DNA from: Desulfatiglandales bacterium | Lineage (GTDB): Bacteria > Desulfobacterota > DSM-4660 > Desulfatiglandales > Desulfatiglandaceae | Assembly: GCA_963666345.1 (NCBI GenBank) | Contig: OY762721.1 | Coordinates: 96,001-160,000 of the forward strand | Direction of reading: 5' to 3' | DNA length: 64,000 nucleotides | In this document: positions 50,370 to 59,962 of the stretch, piece by piece | How positions within the stretch are numbered: the stretch's first letter is position 1 | Layout: every line of letters starts with the position of its first letter | The notes under the pieces: model-generated | Databases searched by the model: none | The model's input: the letters and a program-made list of their open reading frames with translations, nothing else | What the model was told of the DNA's origin: nothing | Position numbers and translations under genes: made by a program

Positions 50370-51080
50370 TCAAATGCCGAGATAGGCCTCTCTTATTTCA
50401 GGAGAGTCTTTTATCTTTTCAGGCTTTCCCTCCGCCTTTATAATTCCTTCATGCATTATATACACGTAATCGGCCGCGTTCAGAGACGCATCCGCATTCT
50501 GCTCTACAAGAAGTACTGTCAGACCCATTTCCTCTTTCATCTTTGAGATAGTCTCAAAGACCAGGCCTACCAGAAGAGGCGCAAGCCCCTGGCTCGGCTC
50601 ATCAAGCATTATCAGTTTGGGCCGGGTCATCAATGCCCGTCCGATAGTTACCATCTGTTGCTCACCACCACTAAGGAGCCCGGCCATCTGTTTGTGTCTT
50701 TCCTTTAGCCTGGGAAAAAGTCTGTAGACCAGCTCGATGGTCTCATTTTTAAAGTCCCCGGCTTTTTTCAGATATGCGCCCATCATGAGGTTTTCATATA
50801 CGGTCATGTTGGGGAAAAGATGTTTTCCCTCAGGCACAAGTGCCACGCCCATATCCACCTTTTTGTGTGTAGGCAGCTGGGTAACATCCGATCCGTCATA
50901 CAATATAAGCCCTTTCCATGGAGGCACAGCTCCGAAAACCGTGGACAGAAGGGTGCTTTTGCCTGCCCCGTTTGGACCCAGAAGCGATGTTATCGTGCCA
51001 GGTGCCACCTCCAGACTCGGTTTCCACAAAACCTGCATAGGGCCGTAGCCCGACTCCAGATCCTTTACTGAAAGCATCAA
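50370..51080 (-). CDS. livF: Branched-chain amino acid-type ABC ATPase
   Basis: GPNGAGKST, LSGGEQQM, DEPSQGLAP and VEQN. Confidence 0.92.
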   Translation of the reverse strand: MMLSVKDLESGYGPMQVLWKPSLEVAPGTITSLLGPNGAGKSTLLSTVFGAVPPWKGLILYDGSDVTQLPTHKKVDMGVALVPEGKHLFPNMTVYENLMMGAYLKKAGDFKNETIELVYRLFPRLKERHKQMAGLLSGGEQQMVTIGRALMTRPKLIMLDEPSQGLAPLLVGLVFETISKMKEEMGLTVLLVEQNADASLNAADYVYIMHEGIIKAEGKPEKIKDSPEIREAYLGI

Positions 51081-51820
51081 GATTCCTCCGCCTGGCGACC
51101 CAGATAGACTTCCACGACTCGTTTGTCTTCGAGCGCTTCTTTTGTGGGCGCATCGACCAGCTTGGCGCCCTGGTGAAGAACCACCACACGCTGGGCCATT
51201 CCTACCACCGCACGCATGATATGCTCCACCATGGCAACAATGGCGATTTTGTCTTCTTCCGCGATTCTCTTGAGAAATGCGACCATTTGATCGATATCAT
51301 TCGGATGCATGCCGGCCATTGCCTCGTCCATAAGCAGCAACTTGGGATGCATCGCAAGCGACCTGGCTATCTCCATCAGTTTCTTTTCAACCGGCGTAAG
51401 CAGGCCTGCCTCCTTGCCTCTGTGTTCCTGCAGCCCAACCCGTTCAATTATACTGTCTGCCAGTTCAAGGGAGCGGTCAACATTGAGGCTGGATGCCTGT
51501 GTTCCGAACATCGCTCCCACGGCCACATTTTCCCTCACGGTCGCAGAGGCAAAGGGGCGGGAGATCTGAAAGGTCCGCCCGATTCCAAGCGGCGCCCGTT
51601 TGTGTGTGGGCATCCTCGTGATGTCCTGATCTTCAAACAGGACATGGCCGTTTTCCGGGATGTAGACTCCGCTTATAACGTTAAACAGGGTGGTTTTGCC
51701 GCTGCCGTTCGGACCGACTATGCCCAAGAATTCTCCCGCTTCTATATCAAGGCTGACATCATTGACCGCAATCAATCCGCCGAAGCGTTTGGTGACATTC
51801 TGGAGTTTGAGAAGTGTCAT
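51077..51820 (-). CDS. livG: Branched-chain amino acid-type ABC ATPase
   Basis: FGGLIAV, GPNGSGKTT, RTFQ, VEH and VVEVYLG. Confidence 0.92.
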   Translation of the reverse strand: MTLLKLQNVTKRFGGLIAVNDVSLDIEAGEFLGIVGPNGSGKTTLFNVISGVYIPENGHVLFEDQDITRMPTHKRAPLGIGRTFQISRPFASATVRENVAVGAMFGTQASSLNVDRSLELADSIIERVGLQEHRGKEAGLLTPVEKKLMEIARSLAMHPKLLLMDEAMAGMHPNDIDQMVAFLKRIAEEDKIAIVAMVEHIMRAVVGMAQRVVVLHQGAKLVDAPTKEALEDKRVVEVYLGRQAEES

Positions 51821-51828
51821 GATTTCAC

Positions 51829-52827
51829 CTAAATAATATAATGGGCCAGAGCCTTATTCTTGATTCGATTTTTAAAGACCCCTATGACCCCCTCGGGAAA
51901 CATAACGATTATAAGGATGATTATGGGGGCAAAAACAAGCAATTGAAACCCGGGAATGAAAATAGACAGGTAGTATTTGGACACCCCGTATATAAGCCCT
52001 CCCATAACCGGACCGAGAAGAGTGCCCGCCCCCCCGAGCAGTACGATGATAATGGCTTCAATGGTATAGTGGATTTCAAAGACCTCAGGAGGAAATACAT
52101 AGGGAGTTTTCAATGCCCACGAAGAGGCCCCCAAGGCACCGGCAAAGCAGGCGCTTGTGATAAAGGCGATGATCTTGTATTTGGTAACATTGATCCCCAT
52201 TACCTTGGCCGCATCCTCATCCTCTCTCAGGGCGGTCAGCGCGTAACCGACCTTGTTTCGCATATAAATGAGGGTGACAAGTGCGGCCAGAGCTGCGATA
52301 ATCAACACAATTACGTCGGCCCAGAAGGTGGACAGGGCGCTTGCAGCCTCACGGCCGATGACTTGGTTAAGCTGGGCCATGAAGATGATCCCCTCTGATC
52401 CGTTCCAGATTCTTGCCCCTTCGATCAGAAAACGGAACCCTTCATTGACGCCTATGGTGGCAATGGCGAAATAGGCACCCCTTAGCCTGAGAGCGACCGC
52501 TCCAACTGCGATGGATAGAAGCGTGGCCATAACAAGGGCCAGCAGAAAGCCGAGAACGATAGTGCCCCCTCCAAGCTCCCAATTGATAAAGCGGGTAATG
52601 CCCAGTGCCATACCATAGGTGCCCACCCCGAGAAAGGCCACATACCCGAAATCGACATAGCCTGTCAGGCCCATAAATATGTTGAATGCCTGGCCAAGGC
52701 AGCAGTAAAAGAGGAGCATTGCCACCAGCTGCCACATGCCGGGAACCGTCCGACCGATAATAAACAAGATGCCATAGGCCGCAAAAACGGGTAATACCGG
52801 GATATATTTCGATATTTTTGAATTCAT
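51829..52827 (-). CDS. livM: ABC permease, LivM-like
   Basis: GLTGYVDFG, LRLRGAYFAIAT and LREDEDAA. Confidence 0.9.
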   Translation of the reverse strand: MNSKISKYIPVLPVFAAYGILFIIGRTVPGMWQLVAMLLFYCCLGQAFNIFMGLTGYVDFGYVAFLGVGTYGMALGITRFINWELGGGTIVLGFLLALVMATLLSIAVGAVALRLRGAYFAIATIGVNEGFRFLIEGARIWNGSEGIIFMAQLNQVIGREAASALSTFWADVIVLIIAALAALVTLIYMRNKVGYALTALREDEDAAKVMGINVTKYKIIAFITSACFAGALGASSWALKTPYVFPPEVFEIHYTIEAIIIVLLGGAGTLLGPVMGGLIYGVSKYYLSIFIPGFQLLVFAPIIILIIVMFPEGVIGVFKNRIKNKALAHYII

Positions 52828-53711
52828 TTTGCTTTCAGTAGTCCGGTTGGTTTAATCAGAAGTATGACCAGGAGTATTACAAATGATAGAAACCTGGTCA
52901 TGGCGAAAGGTTCCACACCCTCCATCGTTGCAAAGAGGGTATAGGAACCATTTTCAATAAGACCAAACACAAGCCCCCCGAAAAAGGCACCGTAGGGGGA
53001 TGACAATCCCCCAAGGACGGCTATGACAAACGCCTTGAGAGTGTATCCCCCTCCCATATACGGATTTATTCCCACAGGTATGAACATGGTCAGCAGGACA
53101 CCGCTGGCCACTGTCAAACCGATACCCATTGCAAAACTCATCGCATATGCGCCGTCTACGTTGACACCGCAGACCCTTGCCCCTTCGCTGTCTTCTACCA
53201 CGCTTCTAATAGCTGACCCCATGCGGGTTCTCTTGAACCAGAGAAACAAAAAAAGCGCAATTAGACCGCTTCCCACGGCAGCGTAGATTTTAGTCATCGG
53301 TAACACGGTTATTCCGATATCCATCTTTCCCACCACCCAGTTGTATCCCCTGAATTCTGAACCGAAAATGAGCTTGACTAATTCCTGAAGCAGGACGCCG
53401 ATTGAAAAAGTGGCCAAGAGCGTTGCAAGTTCTGGTCCTTTCAGAAGCCTTTTAACAGCGGTGTAATAAAAGAAAAACCCCAGCGCCATTCCAACGGCAA
53501 AGGCTATAGGTAGGGCGAGTATGGGATTTATTCCAAGGGCATTAAAGACCCAGAGAGTAGTGAAGGCGCCCACCATTATAAAGGCACCGTGACCTACATT
53601 TACGACCTTTAGTACACCGAAAATAAGGCTGAGGCCCATGGTGGCCATGCCGTAAACCGCACCCAGTACCAACCCCTGGATGAGATTACCCATTAGCTGT
53701 TCCCAGACCAT
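52824..53711 (-). CDS. livH: ABC permease, LivH-like
   Basis: GLSLIFGVLKVVNVGHG and KAFVIAVLGG. Confidence 0.9.
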   Translation of the reverse strand: MVWEQLMGNLIQGLVLGAVYGMATMGLSLIFGVLKVVNVGHGAFIMVGAFTTLWVFNALGINPILALPIAFAVGMALGFFFYYTAVKRLLKGPELATLLATFSIGVLLQELVKLIFGSEFRGYNWVVGKMDIGITVLPMTKIYAAVGSGLIALFLFLWFKRTRMGSAIRSVVEDSEGARVCGVNVDGAYAMSFAMGIGLTVASGVLLTMFIPVGINPYMGGGYTLKAFVIAVLGGLSSPYGAFFGGLVFGLIENGSYTLFATMEGVEPFAMTRFLSFVILLVILLIKPTGLLKAK

Positions 53712-53810
53712 TTACATTATCCCTTTTCTAAAAGAGCGGCAAATCCCGGACGCATATTCCTGCGGGCGGTTTCCACAGCCTAAGCCGGCCCACGCTCTTT
53801 ATCGGTTTAT

Positions 53811-53840
53811 GCCCTTTCCGGCAAATATACCGGGAAGGGC
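53811..53840 (-). terminator. Hairpin between the binding-protein and permease genes
   Basis: GCCCTTCCCGG-tatatttg-CCGGAAAGGGC on the minus strand. Confidence 0.5.
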
Positions 53841-53858
53841 GGTTGTCGGTTTGTTATT

Positions 53859-55139
53859 TCAAGGCACGGCCATTTTCCCCTCCACCTTTTCCGCAAAGGT
53901 CGGCATGGGGTAACAGAACTTTCCAGTCTGAGCGGATTCCGGCCACACTATCACACGCTTAGCCCTCTGCCACTGCACGTCAACCATGGAGTGGCCCACC
54001 TGCATTCCGGTATCATCCACATCCCATCCGCCGTAAAAGCTCATAAAGGTAAGATTCCCCAGGGCCTTGCGGACCTTGACCGGTTCAAGCGAGGCTGCAT
54101 TTTCCACCCCAAGTACATATGCCAGCACCTGTGCTCCTGCCTCGGCCGCATGATAGTCTGGTATGATATCTTTACCTGCTTCCTTTTTAAACAGGGCAAC
54201 AAATTCATCCTGGCTCGGCCCGATCCATTTCATAGCCAGCTCTTTGGCTCCTGCCTCTGAATATTTGACGCCATATTCCCAGTGAGAAGGTCCCATGACT
54301 CCTTCGGCCATTGTTGTAAGTGCATCGTAGAATGCGGGAAGGGTTGCCGCTGCTATCAGTGACAGGGCATTGGTATTTATGTCAAGATCAGCCATCTGGC
54401 GATTGAAAAGCTGACCGTCTTCAAAATGTCCGCCTCCCAGGATGAAATCGGGCGCTGCGGATTTCAGAGCGGAGAGCAGGGGAGTCAAATCTGTGACTCC
54501 CTTCGGATAAGTCCGCTTGAAAACAATATTGAACCCAAGCTCTTTGGCATGGGTTTCCGCACCCTGCATCACCATTTTGGCAAATTCGGAATCCTCATAG
54601 GCCAGAGCAACCTTTTTGGCGTCGGGGTCTATCTTCTTGATCATGTCAAGGGTTCCGCGATGATAGTTTGTGGCAGGGCCTATGGTCTGAACTATATACT
54701 GGAAGCCCTGACGAAAAATCTTGTTATTGGCACCCCCGTGATCCATGTAAAGCATCTTCAGGCTCTCGGTTACCGGTGCGCCCCTTAGGGTCAGTCCGGA
54801 GCTGTAGGGCGAAAAAACTACGTCAACCTTGTCCACGGTAATTAGGCGCCCGATCAGACTCGTGACCGATTCCTTGTTGGATTCGCAGTCATAATATTTG
54901 TATTCCAGAGGGAACCACTTTCCTTTTAATTTAACGCCACCGTAGGTATCGTTTACCCATTTGATGCAGGCCTTTATTCCTCCAACCGCCTGTTCTCCGG
55001 CCTTGGCGTACTTACCTGACAGACAAGCAGGATGGCCTATTACTATCGCGTCTCCCCCTTCTGCGGGAGGTACGATAGGAGCGGCCATTATCAGAAAAAA
55101 TAAGACTGCGATAAATACACTCGGGATTTTTTCCTTCAT
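53859..55139 (-). CDS. ABC substrate-binding protein (LivK/PBP1 type)
   Basis: Signal peptide, CLSGKYA, PYSSGLT and PDYHAA; GGAGG RBS before MKEKIP. Confidence 0.88.
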   Translation of the reverse strand: MKEKIPSVFIAVLFFLIMAAPIVPPAEGGDAIVIGHPACLSGKYAKAGEQAVGGIKACIKWVNDTYGGVKLKGKWFPLEYKYYDCESNKESVTSLIGRLITVDKVDVVFSPYSSGLTLRGAPVTESLKMLYMDHGGANNKIFRQGFQYIVQTIGPATNYHRGTLDMIKKIDPDAKKVALAYEDSEFAKMVMQGAETHAKELGFNIVFKRTYPKGVTDLTPLLSALKSAAPDFILGGGHFEDGQLFNRQMADLDINTNALSLIAAATLPAFYDALTTMAEGVMGPSHWEYGVKYSEAGAKELAMKWIGPSQDEFVALFKKEAGKDIIPDYHAAEAGAQVLAYVLGVENAASLEPVKVRKALGNLTFMSFYGGWDVDDTGMQVGHSMVDVQWQRAKRVIVWPESAQTGKFCYPMPTFAEKVEGKMAVP

Positions 55140-55776
55140 GGCATACCTCCGTTTTGTTTGGGATTTTAGGGTAAAGTTCTTCTGTACAACTCTCTTGCAT
55201 GTATAGGCAGACAGGCGCAAAGCCGGTTATGGATCATCGCTTTCATTGCCGATCAATCAGAAGAGACAGCTACACAAAGAACCATTGGATTAACAGTCCA
55301 AATTACCTAAGACGAAATCAATAAGGTTGGTGATTATATTTTTTTACTTAAAAAAAGGCATAAACAGCAACGTAGCAGGCACCGGAGAGCGGGATTTAAT
55401 GGTTGGGAGATCCTTCTGGAAGAAATAGTTGCCGTTTTTCACCCTGTAAAACTACAAAGGCCTTCAGGGTGGTAATTGATTGTTTAGTGGGAAATGAATT
55501 ACAAAAAGACCCGGCCTTAGAAAAATTCGATTAAATCTGCAGCCCTTTTGTGTCTTGTCGGTATTGTTCTTAAATAGGAGCATCTCGCAGGTTCATAATT
55601 GACAGGTATAGATACTTACCAAAAATAGTTTTTTACTGTCAAGGATAAATATTTTTTTAAGCTGATTTATTCCTCTTTGCCTGAACACCCTGTAACTTGC
55701 CTTTTAAGTCCCTGCATAGCAACCTTACCTCTTTCAAGAGTTAAAAGACAAGCCCTCTCTCCCGGATATTTTTTAA

Positions 55777-56955
55777 TCAAGGATAGCCAAGCAGATGTTT
55801 TGCCGTGGCAAGAGATCCCGGCCATACGATTTCAAAATTGCCGTCAATCCACTGACAAAGAAGAGGCGCCAACCGGTTCTGCTGAGACTTCCCGCCGTAT
55901 GAGACAAAACTGACAGGCCCCAGCGGGGTCATCATGTCTGTTTCATAAAGTGCTTCCCTGACGGCCTCGGTGCTCAAAATGTCCGACCTTTTTATCGCAT
56001 CGGCAATCACTAATATCCCTGAAAAGGCCTGTACACCATGATAGTCAGGTTCAAAAAAGAACCTTTTTTTGAAATTCATATAATAATTCATGGCCCCCTC
56101 GTAGGGTACCGAAGGCGTCCAAGGAACCGGTACAAAAATATGCTCTTCTTCGAGGCCGGTGCTTGCTATAAATTCGGAAGAACCGAATCCTTTCCGATTT
56201 CCTAGAAGCATCTTCAGGCTCACACCTGCAGCTCTTATTTGCCTTATTGCGGCAGTAGCTGAACCGGAACCGGAGATTATATAAAGCAAATCAGGTGATT
56301 TTGCCTCGATTTCAGAGAAAAGCCGTGGTAAACCGGTGATGTCCCCTTTAAAAGACCTTTTGATTGCTATGTAGATGTTTTCCCTCCTACAGAGGCTGAA
56401 AAATCTTCTACTCTCATATCGCCCATAAGATGTATCCTCATGAATCACTGCTGCTGATTTTATCCCGGCTTTTCTTTTGAGAAAACCTTTAAGGGAGTCG
56501 CCGTATTCGCTTGAAGGAGTGCACAACCTGAAAACATAACTTGAATCATTCTCGGTCAATTCGTCCGCCGAGGCGCTTGTAATAAGAAAAGGGACTTTAT
56601 TTTCCTGGCAGATTGCTGCGCTGATATTTGCAACAGAGCTGGAGCAGCATCCAGCAACCAAAAGCACCTTATCCCTTGTTATGAGCTTCTTAAGCGCCGG
56701 CCTTGCGATATCAGGGTCACTTCCCGTATCCTCTAGAATAGGGGATAACCTTCGGCCCTTTATACCGCCTTCCTTGTTTATCGTTTCGACTGCCATGAGA
56801 AAGGACTTCGCCTCCACATCCCCTATGTCTGAAAGTTTGCCTGAAAGGGGCAGCAAAAGGCCAATCCTGATGCCCTGAGCAGGTGCGGCTATCGGTAATG
56901 CAACCAAAAGAAGTAAAACGACAAGGCCGGTGAACAATATAAGCGCCCGTTTCAT
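55777..56955 (-). CDS. Second ABC substrate-binding protein (LivK/PBP1 type)
   Basis: IRIGLLLPLSG, INKEGGIKG, YVFR, PDYH and TPLGPVSF. Confidence 0.85.
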   Translation of the reverse strand: MKRALILFTGLVVLLLLVALPIAAPAQGIRIGLLLPLSGKLSDIGDVEAKSFLMAVETINKEGGIKGRRLSPILEDTGSDPDIARPALKKLITRDKVLLVAGCCSSSVANISAAICQENKVPFLITSASADELTENDSSYVFRLCTPSSEYGDSLKGFLKRKAGIKSAAVIHEDTSYGRYESRRFFSLCRRENIYIAIKRSFKGDITGLPRLFSEIEAKSPDLLYIISGSGSATAAIRQIRAAGVSLKMLLGNRKGFGSSEFIASTGLEEEHIFVPVPWTPSVPYEGAMNYYMNFKKRFFFEPDYHGVQAFSGILVIADAIKRSDILSTEAVREALYETDMMTPLGPVSFVSYGGKSQQNRLAPLLCQWIDGNFEIVWPGSLATAKHLLGYP

Positions 56956-57488
56956 CCTGATTTATATCTCCTGAAAATATAGATAATTCCGATAAGACAT
57001 AATACCCTTTTACCTCACGAAATAAAGGAAAAAGTAACTATCGGGCTGTCTATACTGTCTAAATAAACAGTTTAAAGCCCTGCATGAAACTCAAACGCCG
57101 CTTTCTCCAGGACCGGAATGATGAGGACAAAATAAGGGAGCAGGGCGCGTATTACCTTTCTTGCCTTTTACTCATTTTGTTCACCTTCCTGATCCATTAA
57201 GACAGCGGCATCCTTTGGTTCACTGAAAAAAAGAGGATTTTCAGGATGAAACAATCAGGCAAGGCTTTCCCGGGGCTGTGTAACGTAAAGTAAAATGGTA
57301 ACCGTGCCGTGCCTGGCGCAATAAGGTCTGAAAGTCGGCACACTCGGTTACCGCAAAGAAACAGGGGAGTAAAAATCAAAATCCGGCTTTTATGGCAGAG
57401 CTATTATAAGATTTACAACAGGTTGAAAGACCTGTTATTGTAAATCCCCTGTGAGACAGGCACAAAAAAGAAAAAAGGAAAGACAGAG

Positions 57489-58469
57489 ATGAAAATATCG
57501 GCACATATCAACATCAAACCGCTTAATATAGACCTGGACCGGATAGCAGTGGAATACGGCCCTTTTTCTATGAGCTTCAATTTCGAACTTGAGAAACTCA
57601 TACGATCCATAGGAGTAAACGGCATCATAAATACACCCTTACTTTTTGATGAGGCGGGAGAAAAATTAACAATAATATCTGGTTTCCGACGTATAAAAGC
57701 AGCAGAATCAATGGGAATGACTCATTTGGAATGCAGGGTGCTTACCCCGGATAATATAACCCCGCAGGAATGCCTGGCATTAAATTTCTTTGAAAACATC
57801 TCAACCAGACAGTTTAATGACATCGAAAAGGCCATGGCAATAAACAGGCTTTCAGCACATCTTAAAAATGATGAGGTAAAAGACGAATATCTTCCGCTCC
57901 TTGGCATTTCACCAAGCAAGAGGAATCTCGAACTTTACAAAAAAATTGATTCGGATCTTAGAGACGAAATAAGAATGCAACTGGCAAAGGGCAAGATACC
58001 TATCAAGGTTATCAGGGAAATGCTCGAAATGGACAATGAGACAAGGGAAGAACTCTTTAAGATCATAATTGGTTTCGGCCTTAACAATAACCAGCAGAGA
58101 AATCTTATTGATTTTACAAGAGATTTAGCATCCATAAAGGGCATCTCCCTCAGGGATGTAATAGGCCGGGTGGCAGGTGAAGACATCGGGTGTGAACATG
58201 CAAATCTGCCTCAAAGGGCAAGGTCGCTAATGAAAAAATTGAAGGGCCTGCGATATCCTAAACTGAGTGAGTCTGAGGCAAGATTTTCACGACAGATCAA
58301 AAGGCTGGAACTGCCGAAAGAGGTACGGATAGGTGCCTCCCCCTTTTTTGAAGAACCTTATTATCATCTCGAGATAATGTTTAAAGATGGTATTGAATTA
58401 ACAAGACAACTTAAGGTGATTTATGACGCCGAGGGGATAGAGAACCTCGGTGATCCCTGGTTAGAGTAA
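57489..58469 (+). CDS. ParB/Srx N-terminal domain protein with downstream helical/HTH region
   Basis: LIRSIGVNGIINTP, IISGFRRIKAA (GxRR box) and FENISTRQFNDIEKA. Confidence 0.8.
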   Translation: MKISAHINIKPLNIDLDRIAVEYGPFSMSFNFELEKLIRSIGVNGIINTPLLFDEAGEKLTIISGFRRIKAAESMGMTHLECRVLTPDNITPQECLALNFFENISTRQFNDIEKAMAINRLSAHLKNDEVKDEYLPLLGISPSKRNLELYKKIDSDLRDEIRMQLAKGKIPIKVIREMLEMDNETREELFKIIIGFGLNNNQQRNLIDFTRDLASIKGISLRDVIGRVAGEDIGCEHANLPQRARSLMKKLKGLRYPKLSESEARFSRQIKRLELPKEVRIGASPFFEEPYYHLEIMFKDGIELTRQLKVIYDAEGIENLGDPWLE

Positions 58470-58473
58470 TGAC

Positions 58474-59568
58474 ATGGCGAAAAAGGTAATAAAAAGGGTC
58501 CTTGTTGAAGACGGAACAAGACATCATGAAATGACCGGACGGATTCTCGGCCAGGTCGAGGGGCTGAACATCCTGGATATCGGCCGGGATGAGGCGACTT
58601 TCGATATGGAGCATGGCTGCAAAATGGGAAAAGACACCATGCATCTCCTTTCCTACAGGGGGGAGTTTTTAAAGCCTTGTCCAGGCACAAAAAATTACAT
58701 ATGCTGCGGTTATCAAATACTGAATGTAGCCACAAACTGTCCGATTGACTGCAGTTACTGCATCCTTCAGTCCTATTTTAACCAGCCCAACCTCAGGGTA
58801 TTTGTGAATCTGGAAGAGGAGCTTGAAGGGGTTTTAGCATTTATTGACAGCAACCCTCAAAAAATCTTCAGGGTTGGCACAGGGGAGTTCACAGACAGCC
58901 TTGCGATCGATTCCATTACTGGATGGAGCGACCTTCTCATCCCCTCATTCTCCAAAAGAAAGAACGCCGTTTTAGAGCTGAAGACCAAGACAACCGAGAT
59001 AAGGGACGTGCTTGATTCGCCGTTCAGGGACCGAATAATTATATCATGGTCCCTTAACAGTCCATTTATAACCTCAAGAGAAGAACACAGGGCCTCAGGT
59101 CTTAAGCAGCGGCTGAAGGCCGCACAAATATGCCAGCAGGACGGTTATGTGGTTGGATTTCATTTTGACCCTCTGATAGTCCATCCCGGATGGAAAAACG
59201 GATATCTGAGGACCATTGAGATGATGGAAAAATATCTGGATCCCGAGCGCATAATCTGGATAAGCCTCGGCTCTATGCGATACATACCATCACTTAAGGA
59301 GATAATAAGAAAGAGGCATCCCGGAACCTGCATACTTGATGGAGAATTCGTCCAGGGGCTTGATGGAAAGATGCGTTATTTCAAACCCATAAGGATGGAA
59401 TTATACAGATTCATGAGGGAAAATCTTGAAAAATGGCACCCCCGGCTGGGTCTCTATCTCTGCATGGAATCTGATGAGATATGGAGCAGAACCATGGGAT
59501 GGTCGCCGACAGATTCAGACGGACTTAAGGCTTTTCTTGACGGAAGAGTAATGGAAATTTTCGGATAG
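58474..59568 (+). CDS. Spore photoproduct lyase (SplB)-like radical SAM protein
   Basis: NCPIDCSYCILQSY, GTGEFTDSL, ELKTK, SWSLN, GFHFDP and YLCME. Confidence 0.85.
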   Translation: MAKKVIKRVLVEDGTRHHEMTGRILGQVEGLNILDIGRDEATFDMEHGCKMGKDTMHLLSYRGEFLKPCPGTKNYICCGYQILNVATNCPIDCSYCILQSYFNQPNLRVFVNLEEELEGVLAFIDSNPQKIFRVGTGEFTDSLAIDSITGWSDLLIPSFSKRKNAVLELKTKTTEIRDVLDSPFRDRIIISWSLNSPFITSREEHRASGLKQRLKAAQICQQDGYVVGFHFDPLIVHPGWKNGYLRTIEMMEKYLDPERIIWISLGSMRYIPSLKEIIRKRHPGTCILDGEFVQGLDGKMRYFKPIRMELYRFMRENLEKWHPRLGLYLCMESDEIWSRTMGWSPTDSDGLKAFLDGRVMEIFG

Positions 59569-59626
59569 AATTTAAGGACGGTCCGTGCTATTTGATGTTA
59601 ATCAAATAAATATTTGGGAGGTTGAT

Positions 59627-59854
59627 ATGACATTAAAGGAAAAAGTTCAGGATGCATTAGCTAAGATCAGGCCTTCTCTTCAGGCCGACGGAGGGGATGT
59701 GGAGTTAGTAGATATTGGAGATGACGGCGTGGTAAAGGTTCAGCTGACAGGTGCCTGTAAGGGGTGCCCAATGTCTCAGATGACCCTGAAAATGGGGATT
59801 GAGAAGATTCTTAAACAGAACATCCCTGAAGTAAAAAGCGTCGAGTCTGTATAG
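59627..59854 (+). CDS. NifU-C/NfuA-like Fe-S carrier
   Basis: IRPSLQADGGDVEL and GACKGCPMS. Confidence 0.92.
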   Translation: MTLKEKVQDALAKIRPSLQADGGDVELVDIGDDGVVKVQLTGACKGCPMSQMTLKMGIEKILKQNIPEVKSVESV

Positions 59855-59962
59855 CTCTGTTTTTTTTAAATCCTTGATAAGATACTTTTCCTTTCTTGCA
59901 TGTGCTCTTTTTTTATTTTGCTATTTAAAATATGCGTTTAATGTGAAAAAAAAGGGGGGATC

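Noticed and set aside
51173..52398. Plus-strand ORFs of 219 and 185 aa
   Set aside because: Antisense shadows of livG and livM.
55140..55776. T-box or leader peptide upstream of the liv operon
   Set aside because: No T-box consensus and no Leu/Ile/Val-rich leader peptide found on the minus strand.
57489..58469. Chromosome partition locus or origin proximity
   Set aside because: No parA, no canonical parS (TGTTTCACGTGAAACA) and no dnaA/gidA context seen.
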